64,000 nt of DNA from Octopus vulgaris. Its lineage: Eukaryota. The position numbers and the translations under genes were made by a program. Under the pieces are notes generated by a model. The model ran no database searches. It was not told where the DNA came from and saw nothing but the letters and a program-made list of their open reading frames with translations. How positions within the stretch are numbered: position 1 is the first letter of the stretch; each line of letters starts with the position of its first letter. Shown here piece after piece: positions 39,053 through 55,026 of this stretch. Location: positions 41,168,001 to 41,232,000 of the forward strand of contig OX597828.1 of the NCBI GenBank assembly GCA_951406725.2, read 5' to 3'.

Positions 39053-39504
39053 CAGTACCAGACCGATTATCCGACAAGCTTGCGACCGGAAGTGTTCTGG
39101 ATTTCTCGGAGACGGTCCAAATATGTATTTAAAATACAAAATAAACTATGAAAAGAGCTAAATTGTATTATATACACTCCTAAAGCAGAGTCTGTTTGAT
39201 TAGACTACTGAAAATTTTAAAAATATATCATACTGTACCAGGCATACAATATAATGCATATAAGGATGAAAATTAAATGAAGTTAAGTAAAGAACATGAT
39301 TTTATTTAACAGATTCTGGTACAAATTAATATGTTTAACCTTCCACATTAAAAAATTAAAGAACAAAAGTATTTTTAATACACCGTATGCATATTAGCCA
39401 ACCCCCAAAGCAAGGTATATTTACGCAATACAGGGTATAGTATATTGCCTGGTATTACACAATATTCCCGGGGTTTTTGAAGCCGGATAAGAGTTACGGT
39501 ACTG
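39053..39504. mobile_element. Tigger/pogo-like MITE
   Basis: TA|CAGTACC...TTATCCG / CGGATAA...GGTACTG|TA. Confidence 0.75.
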
Positions 39505-39901
39505 TATAATTATTATTTAAAAATTATCAACTTCGTTAATTGATTTTTAAGGCAAACCATAATCACAGCAAATTGTGGCGGCAGGTAAAGAAATGCAGTC
39601 GCCCCACAGCGAAATTCGGATACAAAACAGCGAAACAGTATCGTATTGAAATTATTGGCGTTATGTTAATGCATTCGTTTAAAAAAAAACAATTAACGAA
39701 GTTAAGCTTCTTAATTAAAGAGTGTATAGATAAAGCAAAATATGGCGAAAATAAAGAATACGTACACAGAATAGTTAGAGTTATGGCTTTTGTTACGCCG
39801 AAAACGGGTGGTCTTACGTATTCTTTACCTTCGCCGCAAATTAATCACCCAAATTGCAATAAGAGAAAAATAAAGTAAAACTTCCAGCTCCTAGGATACT
39901 A

Positions 39902-40133
39902 ACCTATTTCTTTATTACCCACAAGGGGCTAAACACAGAGGGGACAAACAAGGACAGACATAGGTATTAAGTCGATTACATCGACCCCAGTGCGTAACTG
40001 GTACTTAATTTATCGACCCCGAAAGGATGAAAGGCAAAGTCGACCTCGGCGGAATTTGAACTTAGAACGTAGCGGCAGACGAAATACCGCTTAGCATTTC
40101 ACCCGACGTTCTAACATTTCTGCCAGGTCGCCG
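39902..40133 (-). mobile_element. SINE B
   Basis: Near-identical to 2367-2602; further copies 37118-37330, 37713-37925, 42936-43148 (+). Confidence 0.85.
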
Positions 40134-43100
40134 TAACCATCAACGAAATAGACATACATATATACAGACGTACGCCCGCATGACTACACAGACACGCAGG
40201 GTCACCTATCTATATATAATACATAAAAGTATGGCAACGGAAGCACAAGTTCAACCTTTGATGTTGTAACTCGAAATTTATTGGCCATGAAGTTTTATGG
40301 GTCTAGTATTAAGCCGGTAATTGCTCACTTTGGTTAGATTTAAAAAGTAAATTTAAAATTAAGGGGAAGATAAAGTCAAACTTTTTACACAACAAACTCT
40401 GGCGAAATATGACTTCGACTTCTCTCAAAAAAAAATGAATAACGAACAGATTTGTTCCTTTTACAACGCTTGCAGTGCCATAATTTTCCATCAGTAACGT
40501 CACCACGTGTAGAAAGTCCACATGGTGAATTACAATTTTCACAGGTGAACGTACGCATTCATAATAATTAGTCGACGCCGTGCCGACCACTTAAGAATGT
40601 TGTCTCCAGCTTTTCCTAATTGAATGATTGATTCGTCCCTTTGCTTCTTTTACTACATATCTCCACCTTAATTTTTAGTTACTTTTGTATTCTAACCAAA
40701 CTGAACAATTACCGTATTGGCCATAACGTTTTATGACATACAAGAATTAAAAATAATTCAGGATTCTGTGTAGGAAGAGGTAGTTCCTCGAAGATGTAGC
40801 TATGTCCTGTTATTGTTATGTAGGGGCCTCAGTGCATTTCTCTGTCCGAGAGATCTATAGTGCTGGTAAATCAGGCATGTGACATCATTAATTACCACAA
40901 TTGGTGGCATCGTAAGTTCAATGACCAAATAGTTTCCCTCGATGAATAGTCAAAGAAATGGGTTAGGGTTCTCCCAAATTTATTTATTTTTGTAATTTTT
41001 TTTTACGAATTTTACAAAGATTTTTGGAAATGTTTTTCAGAATCATAATCTCCATATTTTCCCGCATATTTTGAAAAAAGAATAATGAAAAAAATTTTAA
41101 ATGAAGGAAATAGGGGTGGGGGTGTTAATTTAGAAATGTCGATTTTTGCCAATTTTTTTTGTTGCAAATTCATATTCCCCGTAGCCGAAAAGGATAGGGG
41201 TCTGTGTAAAAAAAAAACCCCAAAATTTTAAAGAGTGGGTTTTTTTTTTGGGGAACGGGCGGAAGTCTTGCCAAGAAATGGCATGTAAAAAAAAGTGAAA
41301 CGCATCAAGCAAAAAGAAAGCTGTTGGAAACATAGAGGCATAACTACAGTTTAGTGCACCACCCGCCCCTAACCTTATTTCGTCATAATAATGCAGATAC
41401 CATAGCGAGATTCTTGAAAGGATACGTTTTCGAATGTGTAGATAACGATTATGTTAAAGAAATTCCTTCAAAATTAATTTTGTTTTAAACCCCACCTTCC
41501 CCGAAAAAAATAAAGTTTATGTCCTTTTAACTAGCCAATGTAGGAAATTTATTTTGATTGTTATAGTTCGGAAGACAATGAAAAACAATTTCCTAGTTTC
41601 ATGTTTATCGCACTACTATACAAAATCGAAATTATTCAGTGATGAAAGTTACAACGGACTATCCAACTGAATATTTCCTATTGTTATTGCAATAAATCGG
41701 ATGAGGGCGACAAGCTGGTAGAATCGTTGGATAAAAAGCTGTGTGGGTTTCTTCTAACTCTTACATTCTGAATTCAAATCCCGCCTTATTTAACTTGGCC
41801 TTTCATTCTACTACCCCAGAAGAGAGGGTTTGGTGAAATAAACCACCAATCAGAGTACTGAGGTCGATCGTATCCACCAAAATTGGTGGATTTCTACCCC
41901 TTAATCAGCAACCGCGGCAATGGTAGGCTTAATCATACACTGGAGGGTGGGTGGGTGTAATATTGCCTCCAGGCATTCCTATACAAAAGAGTCGGGAATT
42001 ATTTAGTGCGCCAAAAACCACAATCCTTAAGCACAGGAATCTGAAAGAAGATAAAAACTGGGTAGTGTTTTTTCTTTTCTTTACTTATCTTTCTTTTACT
42101 TGTTTCAGTCATTTTGACCACGGCCATGCTGGAGCACCGCCTTTAATCGAGCAACTCAACCCTGGGACTTATTCTTTGTAAGCCCAGTACTTATTCTATC
42201 GTTCTCTTTTGCCGAACCGCTAAGTGACGGGGACATAAACACACCAGCATCGGTTGTCAAGTGATGGTTGGGGGACAAACACAGACACACGCACATACAT
42301 ATATACAACGCACATACATATATACAACGCACATACATATATACACGCACATACATATATACAACGGGATTCTTTCAGTTTCCGTCTACCAAATCCACTC
42401 ACAAAGCTTTGGTTGGCCTAAGGCTATAGTAAAAGACACTAGCCCAAGGTGCCACGCAGTGGGACTGAACCCGGAACCATGTGGTTGGTAAGCAAACTAC
42501 TTACCACACAGCCACTCCTGCGCATATTCAGAATTATTCTTTAACTTGTTTCGATCATTGGGTTACGGCCATGCTAGGGCACCACTTTTAAGTCGAACAA
42601 ATCATATCCAGTACTTTTTTTATATTTTTATTAAAGTCTGGCACTTATTCCTGTCAGTTTCTTTTGCTGAACCGTTAAGTTACCGGGACGCAAACAAACC
42701 AATAGTGGTTGTGGTGGTGAGCAGGGAAAAATATACACTATCCATACATATACACGACAGGCTTCTATTTGCAAAGTATTAGTCGGCTCAGGGCTTCAAG
42801 ACATGTCCAAGATGCCGTTCAGTGGGACCGAATCTGAAACCATGTAGTTGCGAACTTTCTAACCGCACAGCCATGCTTGCACCAAACTGTAGTCATAGGA
42901 AAGCATTGTTATCACATATTCCTATCTCACTTCAAGGCGGTGAGCTGGCTGAAACGTTAGCACGCCGGGCGAAATGCTTAGCGGTATTTCGTCTGCCGTT
43001 ACGTTCCGAGTTCAAATTCCGCCGAGGTCGACTTTGCCTTTCATCTTTTCGGGATCGATAAATGAAGTACCAGTTGCATACTAGGGTCGATCTAATCGAC

Positions 43101-43586
43101 TGGCCTCCTCCTCCAAAATTTCAGGACTTGTGCCTAGGGTAGAAAGGAAACATTCCTGTCTCACTTTATTCAATACGTAGCGATGTTCAGTTTTATTGAA
43201 AGCTCTGTTAGGGAAAGTTGTCAACCATAATCAATGATGTTCCAGTCGTATTTATTTGAACCTATTTTATCGTACAAGTCCTTTTCTTTTGTTAAGTTGC
43301 TAAGTCATAAAAGTCTTACACATTTGGCTACTATTTCTAATAGATCGAAAAGGTCACGGAGGGCCACGCTCGCTGGGAAGCTTCGATTAAGCTTAAATTT
43401 CGTCATCAAAACCTAAAGAGAAAAGTACAATATTTATTTTAAAGAATCTTTTTAAAGTCTGAAACATTTTAACAAAATGTCTCTTACAATTAATGCAATG
43501 ACCGTCGGGGAGTGTTTTAAAGTTTAAGAGTGAGAAACCAAACTATAACGCTACAATGCTACATATCTAATTAAGAAGACTTTGGG

Positions 43587-43991
43587 ACATACATAAGTGT
43601 GCCCTTCCTCTCCGCCTCTGTTTCCTTATAACTTTCAGAAAAATGGATATGTTTTGATGAAATTTTCTACAAATACCTTTCAGGTGGTATAGATTACAAT
43701 TATATCAGAATTTAATGTGAAAAAAAAAACAAAAAAATTATGGGTCCCCACAAATACTTACTGATACGTCACAGAAAGAAATGAAACTTGAAACTTTGAA
43801 AAATTTGTAAGATGTTTGTCAGGTATATGCATGCGCGCGCGCGCCCAGTAATTTTTTTTTCAAATTAAATTCCGATATAATAGTAATCTACGTGTGTAGA
43901 AAATTTATTTCATTAAAAAGTACCCGTTTTTCTGAAAGTAATTAAGAAACAAAATCGGACAGGGTAGGGGGCACAATTAAATAGGTATGTC
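43587..43991. mobile_element. MITE with ~140-bp imperfect TIRs
   Basis: GACATAC...GTGCCC...ACTTTCAGAAAAA...TAGATTAC vs GTAATCTA...TTTTTCTGAAAGT...GGGCAC...GTATGTC. Confidence 0.75.
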
Positions 43992-44559
43992 AACATTGGT
44001 TGAAAACTTGAAACTAATTGTTTTTTAGTAACTAAAGTAATAATAATTTTGAAAAAAAAAAAAAATTATCAAAACTATAAGAATTTCCCACTGATCAAGC
44101 AGTATTTGAAGCATTAGCAGCTACCAAAATCCTACCTAGGTTTTGTAGATGAAACTTAAGGGTTACTGTTGTCTGCGCATGTTAAGTTAAGGCTTGGAAA
44201 ACCTTCTTTCCTAGACCATCCATGAAAAATCAAGAATCAATAATTGAGCAGTTGATTTGAGTTGTAACAGAAATTAGGCCAAATCTTGAGTATTTATCCA
44301 TGAACACTCTCTCACGTTCGATTTTTAAATTGTTACTATTGAATATGGTTCACATACACGCAAACAATCTCCATACATCTCTACATCCACTTTCTCTTAC
44401 ATATGTATATAAACACATTTATTCATACAGGCTGCCTCACATAATTTCTCTCACACATAATTCACTTTTGTCTCTTTGTGTCTCTCTTGTGTAACTTCTG
44501 CTAATTAAAATTAAGACAACGTAGACATAGTCCATTTCATATACACATACACACAATGT

Positions 44560-44890
44560 AGACAGACAGAAAGATAGGTAGCTATATAGACAAATGGACA
44601 GAGACAGCAAGCCAGGTAGATAGACAAATAGATAGATAAAGAGATAGATAGATAGAGAAAGAGATAGATAGACAGACAGATAGATAGACAGATAGATAGA
44701 TAAAGAGAAGATAGATAGACAGATAGATAGATAAAGAGATAGATAGATAGATAAAGAGATAGATAGATAGATAGATAAAGAGACAGATAGATAGATAGAT
44801 AGATAGATAAAGAGATAGATAGATAGATAAAGAGACAGATAGATAGATAGATAGATAGACAGACAAACAGAAAAGTAGGTAGGTAGGCAG
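44560..44890. repeat. (TAGA)n/(CAGA)n compound microsatellite
   Basis: Direct reading. Confidence 0.95.
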
Positions 44891-44936
44891 TCACAAAACG
44901 ACAACGAGGAGATTGATTCGATGAAAGAGATATTAC

Positions 44937-45521
44937 TTGGCTGTTGATGTTGTAATTGTCTGTCGTAAATTCCTGTGAAGAACCTTCCTCCTGTGAAGCT
45001 AGACGAAGAGATTGCAACGAAGAAGACGACGGAGATTGGTGATGTTCAGTGCAGCTGTTCTCTTCTGTACATTTAGAACACTCCAAGGTTTTCACTTGAT
45101 GGTTATCAACCGTATTCTTCGTCGTGGTGCCACCGACCGTGATGGAATCATTGCTATCGACCAATTTATTATCGATGCTACTGTTATTGTTGCTATTATT
45201 CAGGACTGTCTGTAACGTCTTACTTCCACCAGAGTTTGCTTTACCGTTATGTTGATGAGGTTCAACAATAATGGTCGGAACCATTTGCTTTAGGAGCAGC
45301 TGACTTTCCCTACGTTGCTTAGCTCGACGGTTTTGGAACCAAATTCGAACCAAGTTCTCTGGTTTGCCAATTTCTACAGCCAACTGACGTCTCTCGCAAC
45401 GATCAGGCCGTGAGTTTTTGCGATAAAACATCTCCAGACATTCCAACAGTTCACCTGTGATGGACGTGCGCTTCCTACGGTTTTTCTTGCCAGGTCCCGA
45501 ACTGGCTGTCGACTTGGACAT
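44937..45521 (-). CDS. Homeobox transcription factor exon (divergent Q50 homeodomain at 45303-45482); 3' boundary tentative
   Basis: NRRKRTSITGELLECLEMFYRKNSRPDRCERRQLAVEIGKPENLVRIWFQNRRAKQRRES keeps R5, L13, L16, P26, L34, W48, F49, N51, R53; N/S-rich tail; candidate donor CAA|GTAATA at 44936 after 195 codons. Confidence 0.88.
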
Positions 45522-45549
45522 CTCTGCCAGGTAGACAGTAAGTGGAAAG

Positions 45550-45676
45550 AGGACTAAAAACTAGGTATGTGTATATATATATATAAATATATATATATAC
45601 AGGGAAAAATGATGAAGATGCGAAGATGTGGTCCCGCTGTTGGCGTCTCCCTCTCCAGAGTGTCGTTGTGACGTCA
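45550..45676 (-). promoter_or_regulatory. Candidate core promoter of the homeobox gene (CRE, TATA-like tract, Inr-like TTAGTC)
   Basis: Perfect TGACGTCA at 45669-45676; TA tract ~45572-45599; TTAGTC at 45557-45552. The same stretch also resembles a splice acceptor (CAG at 45526-45524). Confidence 0.4.
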
Positions 45677-46410
45677 TCAGGTTTAAATTTTGTTTTACAA
45701 TTAATGAAAGAGTTGGCGGTGGGGGAAAGAAAAGCAAGAGGGATTCTACACACACACGCATACATACACACACACACGCATATATGTACCCACACATATA
45801 TAAACACTCAAACTTAAATTGTGTGTGTGTGAAGAAATACTTCAGTACTTATGTAAATATTATGTTGTAAATATATATATATATATATATATTATAATAC
45901 TGTTATTACTCAGTTACGCGAGTATCCTGAACCTCTTTGAGCTGTAACAGTTATCTTAGCAGACTCATGATACATACATACATGCATACACACACATGCT
46001 CACACACAAACTTACACACACACCTTACATCTATAGACACACGCAAATACTGAAATATACATTAACGGACACGCTCAGTCAGATAGTCACACACAAACAT
46101 ATATACACGGAGATTTAGATATATACACACCAACAAAAGCGGTGGTATATGTGTATTCACACACATAGATATCCAGACAAACTCGCGAACATTTAAGATA
46201 TTCAAAATACATCACAGACATCACGCATACACATCATATGTATACACTCACACACACACCCACATACACCACCTACACAAACATGACAGGCGCATGCGCG
46301 CACACATGTGTGCACACACTTATGTATATATATATATATATATATAATAAATACACACACACACACATATATATATATAATAAATACACACACATATATA
46401 TATAATAAAT

Positions 46411-46443
<33 letters not shown>

Positions 46444-46765
46444 GATAGATAGATACACACACACATACATATATACACACACACACACTAGTTAGTTCTC
46501 AATAGAGAATGTTCTGGATGACAGCTTAAGAACATTAAACTGGTGTCTGACATAAATGTTAACAGTTGAATATATGTAACATCTATATTTTTCTATATAT
46601 TTACTCACTCTCTCTTCACCTCACTTTTTATAACATTAAAGTTATTAACAGATATCTCTCTCTCGCTCTCTCTTTCTCTCTTCACACCCTCTCCTCTCTC
46701 TTCCGCCTACCTTCTTACCTTACGTGCCTGTCTGTCTGTATCTGTCTACATCCTGCCTACTAGTC

Positions 46766-46767
46766 TG

Positions 46768-46841
<74 letters not shown>

Positions 46842-46877
46842 CCTACCTACCTACCTACCTACCTACCTACCTACCTG

Positions 46878-46953
<76 letters not shown>

Positions 46954-46990
46954 CCTACCTACCTACCTACCTACCTACCTACCTATCTAC

Positions 46991-47051
<61 letters not shown>

Positions 47052-47063
47052 ATCATCATCATC

Positions 47064-47132
<69 letters not shown>

Positions 47133-47200
47133 CCTACCTACCTACCTACCTACCTACCTACCTACCTACCTACCTACCTACATGTCTGTCTGTCTGTACT
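46766..47200. repeat. (TCTA)n/(CCTA)n/(TCTG)n compound microsatellite
   Basis: Direct reading. Confidence 0.97.
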
Positions 47201-47474
47201 CTATCTGTCTGTCTCTGTTTGTCCTTACACATATAGGCAAGTGTCGCGCACGCACCCACCCCCTCACACAGACACACAAATACACTTCTCCATCTGTTTG
47301 CTGAGGTTCGACACGAGTTGTCCAGAATTAAAGTCTAATTGCCATCTAGGTAACTATTAGAACTTTAATCACAGATATGACTGAGCATACTATAGTAGTT
47401 TTAAGAGTACTTTAAACTACATGAGCCAATATTCTGTGAGGGGGAATACAAACAAAAAGAACGTGTGTATGCGT

Positions 47475-47505
<31 letters not shown>

Positions 47506-47554
47506 TCATCATTATCGTTGTCATCGTCGTCGTTTAACGTCAGCTTTCCTTGCA

Positions 47555-48047
47555 GGGAAATCTTGGCTACAAAAGTCCTGCTCTACATGAGAAAGATCAC
47601 GAAGAAGGCGGACTATGTCTTTCAGCAGGTGCTCCAGCCTACACAGCCAAGAGCATGCAGGAATGGTTGGGGTTGAACACGAACTTCTGGTCAGACTTAT
47701 GACCACCACAGTCGCCCAGCCCCAACTCCCTCAACTCTAGTGTGTGGGCACATACCAAGGGCAAGGCCTGCAAAGTCTGTCACAGCAATGTCGATGAGCT
47801 GAAGTCGTCTGTCAACTGTGTGTGGACCAGCATGAGGAAGGATTTTGTCTGCAACATGTGTGCAACCTTCAGGTCTCACCTCGAGCACGTGCTTGCTGCT
47901 GAGGGTGGCCACATTGGTTACTATGAATATTTAAACATATTTATGTGTTAAAACAATAAAAACGTGTCTAACTGCATCAAAACTATCATTAGGTCCTTTG
48001 TTGAGAGTGTCATAACGAGTGTAACAGAACTTTTGCAAAGCCTGGTA
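47555..48047 (+). mobile_element. maT/Tc1-like transposase 3' relic
   Basis: APAYTAKSMQEWL...PPQSPSPNSLNSSVWAH...FRSHLEHVLAAEGGHI; ends ...CCTGG|TA. Confidence 0.8.
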
Positions 48048-48540
48048 TATACGATGGGCTTCTTTCAGTTTCCGTCAACCAAATCTACTCACAAGGCTTT
48101 GGACTGCCTGAAGCTTTAGTAGACGATACTTGCCTCAGGTGCCATGCAGTAGGACTGAACCCGGATCCATGTGGTTGGGAAACAAGCTTCTTGCCACACA
48201 GCAATTACCTGATATCCTACTTAAATACCAATTTCAATTTTTATTAATTCAAATTAATTTAAATCTTGCAGTTGTCTCCCTTATCTTCCTTGACCACAAT
48301 TAATAATTAATTAGTCATTTTCTTACCATGGGTGTTATTTAATTGATTAAAATCGCTCAACTCATCACATGAAGTATTTTAACACTGAATACAAGACCAG
48401 TAACACATGTTAAATCAGATTTTAATACAAATTTTTTCCATTGTTATGTATAGATTTGATTGTTTACTCTGGCTGAAAAAGCTGGAATCTTTTCAAGTCT
48501 GTACTGGTTTTACTACTACTATTATATATATATATACATA

Positions 48541-51274
<2,734 letters not shown>

Positions 51275-51626
51275 GTAGTAAACCACAACAGTGTTTGTGG
51301 CACATTTGTTGACTTGCCTCTTTTTAATATACACTTTATTATTCTCATATCTTAGAAACTTTTGAACCTAAAAACACAATGAATTTAATTACTGATGAGT
51401 AAACAAATCTAAATACTGATTCGCTTTCACTTATTGAAATTTTGCCCTGACATTAAGTTGTCTGCTTGTTAAATGTAACAAGCCACATGTAACACATTGT
51501 GTCATAAACTCAGTAGACTTACTGGTTATGTGAATGATAATCTCAGGCAACATAAAAATACAACGCATAAAAAGGATACACAAAGGTACAAAGAGGAGCT
51601 GTTTGTTTCAAATATTGTAGGTCGTC

Positions 51627-52090
51627 GTATGAAAGGGTACCCCCAAAAGAAACTGGTATTTTGCTATATTATTTTATTCACTTAGTTTTATGTGTTTACA
51701 CTTTTATCGACTTCAAAGTATTCTCCATTTGAAGCAATTGTATTGGTCCAGACACATTTTGAAGCAGGGTTGGAACTCTTAGCACCTCTGTCGTTTTTTT
51801 TTTCTTGACTTCTTCCACATCTGCAAATTCTGCAGCATTAGCTTTTGTCATCAGTGATGACCTTCAAAACAAGTCTAGATTGACTTCCAGTTGTTCTTTC
51901 AGTTCACAACATGCCTTCAGCTGTGACTGCTTTTGATCTTCCATAACCAAGTTAGACACAAATTTTGCTGCAACTCTTTTCATTCACAAATCCTCACTCA
52001 AAATTCATTGGCAGGAGCTCTAGGACACACACCAGTCATATCAAACAAGTTCATCAATTGTTTGGTGACGGTCTTCTAAGATCAGTTCAT
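51627..52090 (-). mobile_element. Deleted mariner relic
   Basis: Minus strand IDELV, ILSEDL*MKRVAAKFV, VITDDK, FADVEE, GEYFEVD. Confidence 0.75.
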
Positions 52091-54805
52091 GACAAAAGAA
52101 TTAGAATAAGTGAGTAAAGAGAGAAACAGAGTAAGAGAGAGAGAGTAATGGAAAGGGGTAATAGAAGAGAGACAGTGATAGCAGCTGTGTGTTTGCTTGT
52201 GTGAAAGAGACTGAGTGAAGGATAGTAACAGTTGTCATCACTTTTTCCCAACCACTTTACAGAGTGTACCAGGAACATTTTATCTTGTAGTAGCTTCAGT
52301 AGTGAAGTTTGCATTTTGCCTCACAAAACTAAAGAGTCCTCTCAGCATGTCTTTGGTTTTTTTTTTTTCAAGGTAACATGATTATGAGAGTGAACTGGAG
52401 AGAGGGTGATGACTGAAGAACCAGTGTGAGTAAGTGAAGGGGGAGAGAGTATGATGAGGAAATAGTGATTAATGAGAGTGGTGGTAGAGGTGTGAGTAAT
52501 GGAAGAGACACAGTGTTGGTTGGAGTTAAGGAAGAGATTCATGACAGGAAATTGTTGCAGGGTGTGATGGAAGAAGACAAATAATGGTAGCTATATGTTT
52601 ACTCATGTGAGACATTGAGAGATGGACAATAACAGAGATGGATGAAATGATGGTAAGCGACAGTGATGAATGTCAGTAAGGAGTGGCCTAGGAGAGAAGG
52701 AGTGATGGCTGGCAGCATAGGGAGAAAGAAGGTAGGGTGTATCAGATATGGATTGGTCCAGTGCTGTTCCTCAAGACGCAGAGATGTCTTGAGGGAGAAG
52801 GGGAGGAAGAAGGAAAGAGAAAAGAGACAGGGCAATAAGAGATAAAAAATTAATAAAAGGAACGATCGAATATGGACAGACCCAACACTTTCCCTTGTTA
52901 TATGGGTAGCATGGTGAAGGGAATATTAGTAAGAGGTGGTGGTGAGTAGAGAGATGCTGAGTGTCAGAGAGACAAAAGGGTTGAGAAGGTCCAGTACCAT
53001 CGTTGGTTAGATGGACAGCATAGTACAGTGAACAGGAGAGAGGTTATGTGGAGAGGGTAATAGGAAAATGAACGATAGAGATATAGAACTGTATGTGGGG
53101 AGGACAGCAGATGAATGCTTAATTGGAATACATTAGGTTAGAAGTCTAAATTCAGCTATGTGGTACCTCCATGCTCCATCACTATCAGTATTGTATGTTA
53201 CCAATCATTATGATCCTTTGTCATACTCTTCAAGAAGCTAAATATCCTGGGATCAGTCTTTACCATTTCATTTTGTGTTTTCCTGGTCAAATATCAAGTA
53301 CATATACTAGATCTTCCCTACCATTACCTTGGTATATTAGTTAATTTTGGTGAATGTTTTTGCATTTCTAAGGACTCTTGTTGCATGCACAAATGAATGA
53401 GATTTGCATTGCTCTTCATCTCATCCTCATTGCCAAATGATATTATAATGTAAGACAAATAATGATATTGTGTTCAGATAATAACTTTATTAAAAAATGA
53501 AAAAAATATTGCAACAATTCCAAACCAAAGTGCAAAATGGCAAACTGTAACTTCAGTTGGACACGATGCAAAATGAACTGTCTGTACCACAGTAAGCGTG
53601 CTAAGGCAAAAAGAGTCAATCCACAATGATGAATTGATGTAGAGCTAACATCACCTGGTAGAGTCTATGAAGTGTCCCCTCCAGATAAATTGATGTAAGC
53701 TTAAATAAACGATGTCTGAGGGAAAAACGTCACATGATAGAATTGTGTCCATTGATTGGGTGACACTTAATGAAAAATGTTCCGTGTTGAGACAACTGGA
53801 GTTGTCTCACCTTCTTCCACAGATTCTATCTCATACTAAGAACAGCCTACACTCCTTGGTACACCTGTCCTCCTCCATACACATCACATGCCTATGCCAG
53901 TACAATTTTCTTTCTTTAATGCTCCATCTCAAATGAACCTGAAATTTTGTAAGAAACAGGGAATTTATATTGTAGGACCAGCCGTAGAAACCATGCCACA
54001 ACAGACAGTTGGAGTCTGGACTGCTCCCTGCTAACCAGTTCCATGTTAAACGATGATGATAATGAAGAGGAGGACCAAGGGTGGTCTCAATCAGGATGCT
54101 GTCAAAAAGGATAAAAAAAAATCCCCATAAAACAAAAACAAAAACAAAACAAACAGAAATGAATTGGAACCTGTAAAGAGCTTCCAGGTACTCTGATATC
54201 AAAAAGTTCTGATTTTGATGCTGTGGTCTAGTGGTTAAAGTGTTGGGTTCATAATCTTAAAGCCATGAGTTCAATTCTTGAACCTGATAGTACTTTGTGT
54301 TCTTTAGTAAAGCACTTCATTTCACATTGCTCTGGCCAACTCATTTGAGAAGTAGTACCCGCTGAGTGTTGATGTGGCTCTCTTTCCCTCCAGTTGTCAC
54401 GTTTTTGGTGATACACTGGGCCTGGTGGTGTCTGTGTCTGCTCATGACCAGTTCAACTCAGGTATATTATTTTTCCTGGAAGAGTTTATACAGGTAATGG
54501 GTTACTACTTGACACTTTAGATATCCAGAAACTTTCAGTAAAATTTCAAATACTCAAAACCCTTCTGTGGACATTCTATTCTAATCTCCTTCAACTGTTT
54601 GTCTATATCATTATTCACAGTTCCTAATGCACCGTTTATTATAGGCACAACCTTTATACTCCAAATTCTTGCAATTTCAAATTTTAAGAGATTGTATTTT
54701 TTTTTTATCAAACAAACATGATGGATTAATTAGTAAGCAACTTCCCTTTCCTTATCTATTACTGTTATATCTGGTTTATTATTTTTTAGCTTCTTATCTA
54801 TTTAA

Positions 54806-55026
54806 CCCTTTTGTTATCAACCCGGCTGAAACTGCCTCTGGCTCTGTAGTACAAATGTTTTGTTTATATAAGTTTTGAATTAAAATCTTACACGAAACCT
54901 TAGTCACAATTTATGTTCCTAACACTAGCTTAATGGTAACTAGGTTATTTTACTCATTTCTTTGTTAAATTCAAAATAAATGAAAGAAACCCAGAGTGTC
55001 TCAAAATAGATACAGTAATGAAAGGA
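54806..55026. mobile_element. piggyBac-like MITE
   Basis: TTAA|CCCTTT ... AAAGGA|TTAA. Confidence 0.7.

Noticed and set aside
46724-47236. 170-aa hydrophobic ORF
   Set aside because: (TCTA)n/(CCTA)n has no stops on this strand; artefact.
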